A stretch of 64,000 nucleotides of DNA from Nemertoderma westbladi (taxonomy: Eukaryota; Animalia; Xenacoelomorpha). A model generated the notes under the pieces. That model had not been told where the DNA came from. It ran no database searches and saw only the letters and a list, made by a program, of their open reading frames with translations. Shown piece after piece: positions 12,109 through 22,031 of this stretch (positions are counted from its first letter, which is position 1; each line of letters starts with the position of its first letter). The position numbers were made by a program, and so were the translations under genes. The stretch lies in assembly GCA_032718475.1 (NCBI GenBank), contig JAUCBJ010007160.1:1-64000 (forward strand), given 5' to 3'.

Positions 12109-12169
12109 ATAACAGTTAACGATCTTATTGCAGTAAGCAATAAGGTTGCAAAATACCGTAGTGACCGGT

Positions 12170-12302
12170 AAACCTGAACCGGTACTTCTGTAGGTCAGTA
12201 GGCCCAACTGCCAGAACCGGTACTGCTGTAGGTCCGTAGGTCCAACTGCCAGAACCGGTACTTCTGTAGGCCTGTAGGCCCAACTGTTCTAACCGGTACT
12301 TC
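12170..12302. repeat. About 38-bp tandem repeat x3-4 in the element leader (AACCGGTACTTCTGTAGG..GCCCAACTGCCAG)
   Basis: Directly visible. Confidence 0.8.
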
Positions 12303-12897
12303 CAGTATAAGTACATTAGTATTATTCGATTTTGATTATTGTATACCGGTAGGTCTCGATATTAAATCGGGGACGCCTGGTTTTTATTGGGATTTTACTT
12401 AGGTCTATTTCTGTCAGTTTTATTTCCTAGTAAGTTAATATTGAGCTGAAGACATGTAAGTCTGCTCAGATTGTTCAGATAATTGTAGGCTGAACTGCTG
12501 TCTGACTGTTGTTGGGTTTGGAGAGATTACGGCGTGTGTAGAGTTTGTCTGATAAAGTGCCGTTAGTAAGTTGGGGCAGCCATATGCTGTAAGGTCAATC
12601 CCCTCTTAAAGAATAAGTCGTACTACCGTGTTAGAACGCATACTAACTAACTGTTTCAGAATCTGCATATACTGGAGTTTATTTAGGCTTGATCGTAGTC
12701 TGCCAGTGTTTTAGCCTGTGTTTGTTTGTGTGGTCTGTTCAGGTACCGTAATAGTTATTACTCAGATATTTTGTAGGCTGGATTGTTGTCTAGCTATTAT
12801 TAGGTCTGAAGGGATTGCTGTGTGTGTGGAGTTTGTCTGATAAAGTGCTGTTAGTAAGTTGGGGCAGCCATATGCTGTAAGGTCAATCCCCTCTTAA

Positions 12898-14306
12898 CCC
12901 TATTACCACTGGGGGGGGGGCCGAATCGGCCCCTTCCTAGTTTTTAGTTGCTGTAACTATGCAACCACATTACGCACCGTCCCAATTTTTTGTGAGAATT
13001 AGCCAAATTTAATGCCGCATATTTTGCAAAAAACGCCGTTGCAATTGGATTTCTACTTTTCGATGTGGGTGCCACTTCAAAATTTGGTCTCCAGCACCAA
13101 ATTTTTTGAAATTTTCGAATTTTACAAAGTCATTCGTGATTTAGTAATTATTTATGTTTGGGCTATTTTTATTTATTTTTATTGGTTTGGATCACTCTAA
13201 TGCTCTATACAAGTATGTAAGTGTAGTGGTACGTCATTTTTGGAGCACCAAATTTAGGGCGTGGCACTTTAAAATTTCAAAATTACTTTATTCGGAAAAT
13301 TTACTAAAGTTCTGATTTCGAAGCATTTTTATTGGTTTTCTCGAGCGCTGAATCGATTAAAAGTAGTATAGAATCCTGAAGACTTAGTGGTTCGCCATTT
13401 TTGCTGCACCAAAATTAGGGCGTGGCACTTCAAATTTTGAAAAATACCAGATTCGGAAAATACACTAAAGTTTTGATTTGCAAAGCATTTTTATAGGTTT
13501 TCTGGAGCCCTGAATCGATTGAAAGTAATATAGAAGCCTGAAGACTTTGTGGTTCGCCATTTTTGGTGCACCAAAATTAGGGCGTGGCACTTCAAATTTT
13601 CAAAATTACTTTATTCGGAAAAAACTCTAACGTTTTGATTTCGAAAATTGGCTAACTTCCAAGTCTTCAGGCTTCTATATTACTTTCAATCGATTCAGCG
13701 GTTCACCTATATAAATTCGTTAAAATTTCAATTTTGGTTTATTTTCCGAATCTCGTATTTTTCAAAATTTGAAGTGCCACGCCCTAATTTTGGTGCACCA
13801 AAAATGGCGAACCACTCAGTCTTTAGCTTTATATATTACTTTCAATCGATTCAGCGGCCCAGAAAACCCATAAAGATGCGTTGAAATAAAAAAATTAGGG
13901 GCATTTTCTGAATATCTAATTTTTCAAATTTTTAAGTGCCACGCCCACTTCTTAGGTGCACGAAAAATAGCATCCACTTCAATTTTTGGAAGTGGAATAT
14001 AATCACATTCGATTCAGCGTCTTGAAAAACCTACTAAATCTAGCCAACACTGCCACACTATTAGTTTTTAGAAAACGAAAAATTTTGAAATTTTGTCCTG
14101 GGACTACTTTTATTTTTCATCAAAATTATGAGTCCCTGCTTATGAAATTTTAACTTTTTAAGGTTTGGTAGAGTTCATCTATAGTTGTTTCACCAACAGC
14201 CCAAATTTTGTAGGATTTCATTGGACGACTACAAAAATATAGTGGGTGGGCCGAATCGGCCCCCCCCAGTGGTGCTAATGGTCAAAACACCCCAGTGGTA
14301 ATAGGG
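12898..14306. mobile_element. piggyBac-like MITE nested in the LTR-element leader
   Basis: TTAA TSD (12894-12897, 14307-14310); TIR CCCTATTACCACTGGGG / CCCCAGTGGTAATAGGG; empty site visible in the duplicated unit near 12601. Confidence 0.93.
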
Positions 14307-15751
14307 TTAAAGAATAAGTCGTACTACCGTGTTAGAACGCATACTAACTAACCATTTCAGAATCTACACGTATGGTAGTTTATTTAGGCTTGGTGGTAGT
14401 CTGCCAGCGTTTGGTTTGTATTTTGTTTGAGTATTCTGTACGGGTAGCGTAATATTTATTATTCAGAGTTTATGCGATTATTCGCAACATTCATGTCCCC
14501 AAGTTTATTCCTACAGTAATTGTGCTTGTTATACATACCGTTATAGTTAAATTAACCCCGGTACTACACGGGCTGCTTGGCGTAGGACAAGACTGGTGAC
14601 TTTGTGCTCTGGTCACTCCAGCAGATGCCGTGGTTCTTTTAACTGTTCAAGTTTATTTAACTACTGATTATTTGTTATACCGGTACTTGTACCTAATTTA
14701 GGGTTTAGTGTACAGTGCTTTCCGAAGTAATTAGTGTGTAGGCAGTATATTTGTGTTGTAAAGTGGTTAATAGGCACGCTGGATCTGGTAGTCCGCGGTA
14801 ATTAACTTCTAGGTAGGAACAATCCGTGATACATAACGTAGTACCTATAGCGATACGGTTATAGGTCGTCAGGCGGTGGTATTTCCCTATCTGGACAACG
14901 CAGTGTATTTACTACTACTTATTATTTTAAACACCGTAGTTCCCTGTCCATTGTAATAACCAGAATTCTAACCCTTTGTTAGGCTGGTTTGTAGACTTCC
15001 TGTAAAATTACCCTAAAAATTCGTACGTAATATTTTTGTTGTGTTTAATTAGAGATTTAATCTCACCCGTATCGTAAGTAATTTGTAGTATTAAGTAACT
15101 TAGGTAAATTAGAATTATCAGTTTTAGTGTCAAATAAATAGCACTTCACTGAGAGCGCACAGCTTCTGTGTAGTGACCCCCCAGAAATAATAACATTTAT
15201 TTCAAGTATTGACAAACCCATTTTAAACGGGTATATATCTATTATAAATCAATTCAAACGATTTATAAATAGTAGGCCTGCCATACAACAACTAGGTCTC
15301 AATATCAGTTGGACTACTGCTTAAATAACAGTAATAAAGCAAGTTAAAGTAACCAAGTAACCCTAAAATATTCAGAAATTCAATTATTATAAAATAATTG
15401 ACATACCGGTATTTACCATAGGCTTATTATATTTATTTCTATAAATTTGAGCTGAAATCATACCGGTACTCTGTAATTAATTCTAGTTCATAATTATACT
15501 TATATATACTATCAGTGTAAGCTGTATACCGGTATTCACGATAGGCCTATTATATATATATATCTGTGCTAAATTTATATACCGGTACTCTGTGACAAAC
15601 CTAGTTTACAATACTTATATATATTATAAGTGCATACCGGTATTCTAATATACTGCAATAAATTACCGGTACTAGGCCAGCGGTCATACTGAATTACTAA
15701 ACTTGCTTTAACTGTAACTATAGCAGTAAGCATTCAACTGTATAGCTAAAC

Positions 15752-18700
15752 ATGTCTGACACTCAGCAAAACCTGTCAGACAGTCTAATCGATACAACCA
15801 TCTGTGACACAGATAGGAGTGTAGAGCGATTAAGAAAGGAGTTCAGTTCACCTCCTACTGCAAGAAAGGTCACCCCTCCAGTAGTATCAGACCCTAAGCT
15901 AATCCACCATAGGTCCATCATAGGTACTCGGGCCCAAGTCAAACGGAACCAGGAAGCAGCTGTCCCCCGAACTGAATTTACTGTCGAGCTGACCCCCGAA
16001 CGTGGATTGCAGATGGCGGCTACAGCCTACTCGGACCCTCTTCTCACCCTTCCTGCCGCAGTGCTAACCACTATATTGATTGCGGTGGAGGAACATCAAG
16101 CAGATTGGGCGAGGAATAAGAAAGCGACCCAAGATAATTATGCGGGATACGCCAGGGAAGAATTGATGTCTATTGTCGAGTCACAATGGAATTTTCCCGG
16201 ACCTGGACTCCCGTTAGATCTGTCCGAAGCTACTTGGGAGGATATACACCAGATGGGAGTGACTAAAGATACAATGAATCCAGCTGTTTGGAAGAGGTCG
16301 GCAGCAGGATATGTGCAAGGGTTCTTCGGCTCCTTAGAGCGATTAGAAGAACAACTTTTTCGACAACCTCAAGGACCTCAAGAGCAGGAAGAGCTGCTTT
16401 ATCAAGTACGCGAAAGAACCCTACGTATTAGAATAATCCTATCAGCCTTTGAGGAAACTTCCAAAAGAAGACAGGACACGTCGCTGCAGGTTTCTGTTAA
16501 GACTTGGTTCCAGCGAGTAGGTCGCAAAGTGCAAGAAACGGACCAGTGGAAATCCCAGCTGTCTGAGAGACTAACTTATAAAGACCCAACTGATGTCACC
16601 CTTTCTCAAGCGGAAAGCGAAGAGACCGCCGAGAAACCGCGAACTAGAGACGCTATCGACATTTATCTGTCCGACTATCAGCGATTCCTAGGAGACGAAG
16701 AGTTGAGGAGACGGCTGTCTGGACTTTCCCCTAATAGTGAAGGAACCAAGCTTGTGTTGGACTCAATCGATGCCGAAATGTTAGCTGCAAACCAAGCTGA
16801 ATGTGATGAAAAACTCCGCCTCACTAGAGTCCGAGAAGAACAAGTAAAGAAAGTACGGATAGAGAAAAGAAAGGTGGCAGCAGCAGCGGCGGCAGAAGCA
16901 GAAGCCGAAAGAAAGGCGGCAGAAGCAGAAGCCGAAAGAAAGTCGGCAGAAGCAGAAGCCGAAAGAAAGGTGGCAAAAGCAGAAGCCGAAAGAAAGGCGG
17001 CAGAAGCAGAAAGAAAGGCGGCAGAAGCAGAAGCCGAAAGAAAGGCGGCAAAAGCAGAAGCCGAAAGAAAGGCGGCAGAAGCAGAAGCAGAAAGAAAAGC
17101 AGCAGTGGCAGAAGCAGAACGGAGAGCTTCTGAGGAGACTATCCAACTGGAGTTGGAAAATCTGCAAGAGACACAAGACAGTATAAATAAACAGTTTACT
17201 GCTAATCAAATGCAGATGATGAGAAAATCTACTCCCAAGCGCCAGGGATACACATCCTCGGAGGAAGGCGAGACCACCGATCCTGAAGGCGGAGGAAATA
17301 GATCTCATCTAAGTAGGCGTAGAAAAACATCTTACCGTCGCAAATTGCCTGATTTGCCCCCAGCTGTTAAAAGACAGCTAACTAGCACAGACTTAGGTAG
17401 TGCAGAACCCATAGAACAATTTATCCAGGTCAAAAGACTCCCTACTATAGTCGATGAACCTGAAATAATTAGGCCTGTCGTTCCCAAAGTCACTTCTGTG
17501 CTAGAGACCCCTGCACTTCCAGAGCTTAACTCTAAATTCCCTTTACATAGTACCACACTGCCTGTACCCGGTGGAACAGTCCATGCAAATACCCCTGTCC
17601 TGAGCATGGAGAGAGGAATCAAAGATTTGTCTCCCGTCGTCCCGCGTCAGCCCGCTACTATGTTGGCGACTCCCGCTTCGGCGGTTGAGTGGGTAGAAGA
17701 GGGACGGCGGGGGATGAATCTCCTGCTAGGACAGATGCAGGAGACTGTCCACCAACTTAAGGGAACAGTGAGGGAAGGTAGAGCAGAGTTGCAAGAAGTG
17801 CAGCAAAGTATCGCACTAGAACGCGACAAATTAGTCAATATCCAAAAGGGCATACCAATACCCTCTGTAACATTGTGTCAACCTGTTAGGTCTGAAGTAC
17901 TACATGCGCAAGGTGTGGAGCCTACACGCATCTATACTGCTAGTGAAGTAGAAACTCCTATAGCAAACCCTAGTAAGGGTGATTATAGACCTGTTATTAA
18001 TGATATTCCCTATAGACCTGATAATGATCCAAGGAATTTATATACCGATAATTCGATATTAAATAACACGATGGCCCAAGAAAGCTTTACGCGTCAGATG
18101 GCTAGAACAGAAGCCCGCCAAGCGGTCAAAGTGGGAGAGATCGTCAAATTCAATGGAGATGAGATGAAATGGTTACCTTTCAACGAATATTACAAAGATA
18201 GCATACAGAACTCTGTACTATCTAACGGAGAGAAACTTAGATTCCTCATCAAGTGCTTGGAAGGACCTCCCAAGTTAATGGCGTTAAAGTTTATTGGACA
18301 TCCAGATGGATTAAGACAAGTTTGGGATACATTAAACATCAGGTATGGTAACAAGGATAACATAGCTAAGTATTTGTATGCAAAATTAGTAGCCCCCCGA
18401 CACTTCCTTAGTAGCGGGATTATAGAGTTTTCCGATGAAATTCAAGAGATCTGTAGACAACTGGACTGGTTAGGTAAGTCGCATGAATATCAGAGTTCCA
18501 TGGTCATTGGAGCCGTAGTCTCTACTTTACCAAAGGGTGGAGTATGTACGCGCTGGGACAAGAAAGTGTTGTACATGAATGAACAACAACGACGAAGTCC
18601 TACCATGGCTGATCTCATGTCCTTCTTAGATAGTGAAGTAAAATTACAACTCATAAGGCAGTCCAGAGAGAAAACATCGGAAAATAAGGTAAGTGAGAAA

Positions 18701-19981
18701 CCCGTTTCTAGGAGAAGGATAATACCAGTGTGTTATACTGACGACGGCGAAAGCCAAGCTTCTCAAGAAGAGGACAGCGGGAAAGACACAGCAAAATCTT
18801 ACTATGACAACAAGACCTATAAAGACGTAAGTAAATACAAGTCTCGAACCAGTGACAGGAGAGAACAGGTAACAACAACTCCTCCTACGTCTCCTAAGAG
18901 AATTCACGGAAGAAAGCCCGAAGAAAGAACGAGAGTGCATAACGTTAACCAAGTTAAGGTGAGTAACATCAAACCAAAATGTGCGCTGTGCGACGGGCCC
19001 CACCGTTTGAGTGCGTGTGCTGAATTTCTAAAGAAATCCCTTGTAGACAGACGTACAGTCCTGTGGAATAAGCGGTTATGCTATAATTGCCTCAGATCAG
19101 GACACCAACGGCGAACCTGTTACTCCGACATAAAGTGTGCAAAGTGTGGCGCGAAACATCACATCTTGTTACACAGTGAGTTCGAACGAGACAAACTGAG
19201 TCAGGTAAGTGAGCCCGAACTACATGTCCAATTCAGTGATGTAAACGACACTGATCAAGAATCTGAGATGGAAGGATTCTATACTGACGAATTCTCCGAC
19301 GCCAACGAATCCTGTTATCTAATCATTACCGCAGTGTATCGAGCACTTACTTACAAAAAGGACATCAACGATGAGTTTCCCCCAACCACTTTCGCCAAAC
19401 AACCATCTTGGAAAGCTCCAGCTTCCAACGTAGGAATCAGAGAATTTCCTGTAGTTCAAGTAAGAGTTCACGGTCTTAACAAAAGCTACATAGTGAACGC
19501 CCTCCTTGACTCCGGCAGCACAGGAACATTCATCGATCAAGAACTAGCCGAAGATATCTTTGCTGGACAACCCAAGTTCCGGACTAAATTGAATATGTCA
19601 GGAATTATGCAGGTTTGGAAATCTACCCTAACGGCAGATTACTATGTAGGTGTGTTGTCCACCCCCCAGGATAAATTAGGAGCACAAGGTATAAGGTCGG
19701 TAAAAATGGTGGCTATAAAGAACTTCGCTACTACCCAAGCAGACCTTTATAATTGGGACGAGGATGAGAGCATCCAACATCTTAAGATACCTCGATTCCA
19801 GACAGATTATCCTGGAGTGCAAATACTCATCGGCCAAAACGCGCATGAGGCGCTCGAGACATTGGAGAAACGGCCTGCTCAACCGCAGCCACTACAAACC
19901 TATGCGGTAAGAACTAGAGTAGGTTGGTACTTCACTGGCCCTTCCCGTAGAACTCTCAAAGAGAGATTACCTCAACAATAG
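15752..19981 (+). CDS. gag-pro: Bel/Pao Gag plus aspartic protease (1409 aa) with a long N-terminal helical extension
   Basis: KFNGDEMKWLPF..LSNGEKLRFL..L.GP capsid-like region; CALCDGPHRLSAC, CYNCLRSGHQRRTC, CAKCGAKHHILLH knuckles; ALLDSGS ... QILIG protease. Confidence 0.93.
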   Translation: MSDTQQNLSDSLIDTTICDTDRSVERLRKEFSSPPTARKVTPPVVSDPKLIHHRSIIGTRAQVKRNQEAAVPRTEFTVELTPERGLQMAATAYSDPLLTLPAAVLTTILIAVEEHQADWARNKKATQDNYAGYAREELMSIVESQWNFPGPGLPLDLSEATWEDIHQMGVTKDTMNPAVWKRSAAGYVQGFFGSLERLEEQLFRQPQGPQEQEELLYQVRERTLRIRIILSAFEETSKRRQDTSLQVSVKTWFQRVGRKVQETDQWKSQLSERLTYKDPTDVTLSQAESEETAEKPRTRDAIDIYLSDYQRFLGDEELRRRLSGLSPNSEGTKLVLDSIDAEMLAANQAECDEKLRLTRVREEQVKKVRIEKRKVAAAAAAEAEAERKAAEAEAERKSAEAEAERKVAKAEAERKAAEAERKAAEAEAERKAAKAEAERKAAEAEAERKAAVAEAERRASEETIQLELENLQETQDSINKQFTANQMQMMRKSTPKRQGYTSSEEGETTDPEGGGNRSHLSRRRKTSYRRKLPDLPPAVKRQLTSTDLGSAEPIEQFIQVKRLPTIVDEPEIIRPVVPKVTSVLETPALPELNSKFPLHSTTLPVPGGTVHANTPVLSMERGIKDLSPVVPRQPATMLATPASAVEWVEEGRRGMNLLLGQMQETVHQLKGTVREGRAELQEVQQSIALERDKLVNIQKGIPIPSVTLCQPVRSEVLHAQGVEPTRIYTASEVETPIANPSKGDYRPVINDIPYRPDNDPRNLYTDNSILNNTMAQESFTRQMARTEARQAVKVGEIVKFNGDEMKWLPFNEYYKDSIQNSVLSNGEKLRFLIKCLEGPPKLMALKFIGHPDGLRQVWDTLNIRYGNKDNIAKYLYAKLVAPRHFLSSGIIEFSDEIQEICRQLDWLGKSHEYQSSMVIGAVVSTLPKGGVCTRWDKKVLYMNEQQRRSPTMADLMSFLDSEVKLQLIRQSREKTSENKVSEKPVSRRRIIPVCYTDDGESQASQEEDSGKDTAKSYYDNKTYKDVSKYKSRTSDRREQVTTTPPTSPKRIHGRKPEERTRVHNVNQVKVSNIKPKCALCDGPHRLSACAEFLKKSLVDRRTVLWNKRLCYNCLRSGHQRRTCYSDIKCAKCGAKHHILLHSEFERDKLSQVSEPELHVQFSDVNDTDQESEMEGFYTDEFSDANESCYLIITAVYRALTYKKDINDEFPPTTFAKQPSWKAPASNVGIREFPVVQVRVHGLNKSYIVNALLDSGSTGTFIDQELAEDIFAGQPKFRTKLNMSGIMQVWKSTLTADYYVGVLSTPQDKLGAQGIRSVKMVAIKNFATTQADLYNWDEDESIQHLKIPRFQTDYPGVQILIGQNAHEALETLEKRPAQPQPLQTYAVRTRVGWYFTGPSRRTLKERLPQQ
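16880..17125 (+). repeat. Coding 27-bp repeat (AEAEAERKA)n in Gag
   Basis: Visible in DNA and protein; shorter in copy 2 (about 50865-50965). Confidence 0.9.
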
Positions 19982-20410
19982 GTATACCAAGTAAAGGGGG
20001 AAGTGGAGAGCAGTGATGTGGACGATCCAACTGAGGGAACACCATACTCCTCAGATAATGACGATATTAACTCCTAAGTAGATCAATGGAGACATTGCCT
20101 TGGGACGATTAATCCAGCCGACATCGATTCCAGAGGAGCAACTCCTCAAGAACTGATAGATACTCCAGGCTGGGTAGGTGGATCCGACTCCTTAAGTAAA
20201 GAAGAAGAAGAATGGCCTCCTCATCTTACCACGGCAGAAATTAGACAGGCCAAGGGAGCGGAGAAAGTAACACAACAACTCAATCGCCCAGCTAGTCGTT
20301 TATGTTTACTGGAAAGAGACCGAAAACTGTCCGGAAACTATGGAAGGCAAGATACTCTTCCTACGACCACTTCCCTAATCCGACAAATATCTAGGGACTC
20401 CATAACGTAA
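19982..20410 (+). pseudogene. In-frame pol remnant (RNase H tail only)
   Basis: After TAG and TAA stops reads VDQWRHCLGTINPADIDSRG..TPGWVGGSDSL..EEEWP, the Bel/Pao QWRH....NPAD..SRG motif; open in copy 2. Confidence 0.85.
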
Positions 20411-20944
20411 TAACATATGGAGTGGGCGTGTGACTATATCATTTTATATTTGTTTTTATTTTATATTTATGTATGTATTATTATGTAATTTTATTATAAT
20501 CGTTTTCTTTAATTTTATTTTAGTAGAATGTTATTTTAGAATATTTAGTAAATTAGTGCAATATATTAGTGTTTATTACGTATTTAATTACTTACAATAT
20601 ATTTAGTGCGACGGCAAGAAATAATTATTTTTCTCTTTCCTTACTGTCTGTATTATATTATAAATGCGAGACTATAGTAAGATGACATGTCAGTACTTAT
20701 TAAAGTACAATAAAGCCACTACTATATTTAAGTATTATTGGTAGGCAGAGTATTAGGAATGCAAAGTTCAGATCCTCGTGTCTCGGCTAAACCAAGCTCT
20801 GGGTAGACCTTGGAAACGACTTGCCTCTTCACACTGACATTGCTTCGTGCGATATTGCTCTTCTACCTTATAACAAATAATACATATAGTAGCGTGATGT
20901 CCCTCTAACAGTAGCGTAAATCGCAAATAAATCTGTTAAACTTT

Positions 20945-21219
20945 TTGACCATCTGTAATTCTAGTCGATTAAGATATCGTGGCACCCACCGATATACTTG
21001 AAAGACAAATTCTAGAATCAGTGGTTAACGTCCCCAGACAAGTTCTGGAATAAATCGGTGCTCATCCTAAATATTAATTTAATATTTATTAAAATCTGTA
21101 AAATCCTGATCCTTTAAAATTTCTAGTCAATTAAGATATCGCAGTATTTACCGATATTCTTAGAAGGACTATTTTATAGAATTAAGGATCCTAAGTCCCC
21201 AGATATGCTCTGGAATAAA
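20945..21219 (+). ncRNA. Two tandem structured RNA modules (long hairpin, short hairpin, AATAAA)
   Basis: Pairing read by eye; preserved in four instances (20945, 21108, 57247, 57478) with different basal stem and loop sequences. Confidence 0.6.
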
Positions 21220-22031
21220 ATTTGTGTCAATTTAACATCAAATAATAAAATTCACGGGAATAAATTTAAATTCATATTCAAATGAATTTCATAAATTGTC
21301 ATTTTGTGCAATTTATAACATTCCCAAAATTCCAGTAATTAATAGATCATGGGAGCGGAGATTCATATTGAGTGTACTAGAGTGCGAGAATCTCCAACAT
21401 ATAGTCAATAGCCGATAAAATTTATAAAATCATGCATAAAGAGGATATTGACAATTAAAGAATTACTATTAAATAGCATCCCAGATCTGTATGCATGAGA
21501 ATTACCCTAATTCTACCGCTAGTTTTCCATAATGTCACCATGGCAACACCCACGCTAGAATTAGAAGCAAGTTAAAGGAACAATAAAAAGCTTGCCCCAT
21601 TGCGTAGCATAAGAGTATACATAGCGCACTATTAGTATCCAAGGATACATAGTAATAACGTGACATTCTGGAAGACACTGATTAACGGACAAATGGCATG
21701 CGTGTGTGCAGTAAGTAATGATTGTATGGAATTTGTGCATTTATAGGTGAATGTTACTACTAAAGTGTGTTTACAGTAGCTAATCGCAATTGTAAAGTAG
21801 CCCTAACTCTACCGAGATAACCTCAAGTGGATTCAAGCCTTTGGGACGGACAGTGGTGGGACTTGTGCCGGTTATCGTTGTCGTGCTGTTGCTACATGTT
21901 GGCGTAAACACCGCGACAACGGTACATCGGCGCTGAGAAACCCACTGTCCGGGGGCAAAGCCTAGTAGGCAGCGACGCCCGCTTGCCTAAATATTAACTC
22001 ATATTGATATTAATAAACTCAGATAGCAGAT

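Noticed and set aside
19979-19981. Programmed read-through at the TAG ending gag-pro
   Set aside because: Copy 2 has CAG here and copy 1 has a second stop downstream, so decay of the pol remnant is the simpler explanation.
20775-20822. Hammerhead ribozyme (stem followed by GAAAC)
   Set aside because: No CUGANGA core and no valid NUH cleavage site.
21950-21992. HDV/CPEB3-like ribozyme (starts GGGGGC)
   Set aside because: P1 partner incomplete, no P4 or catalytic J4/2; kept only as a hairpin.
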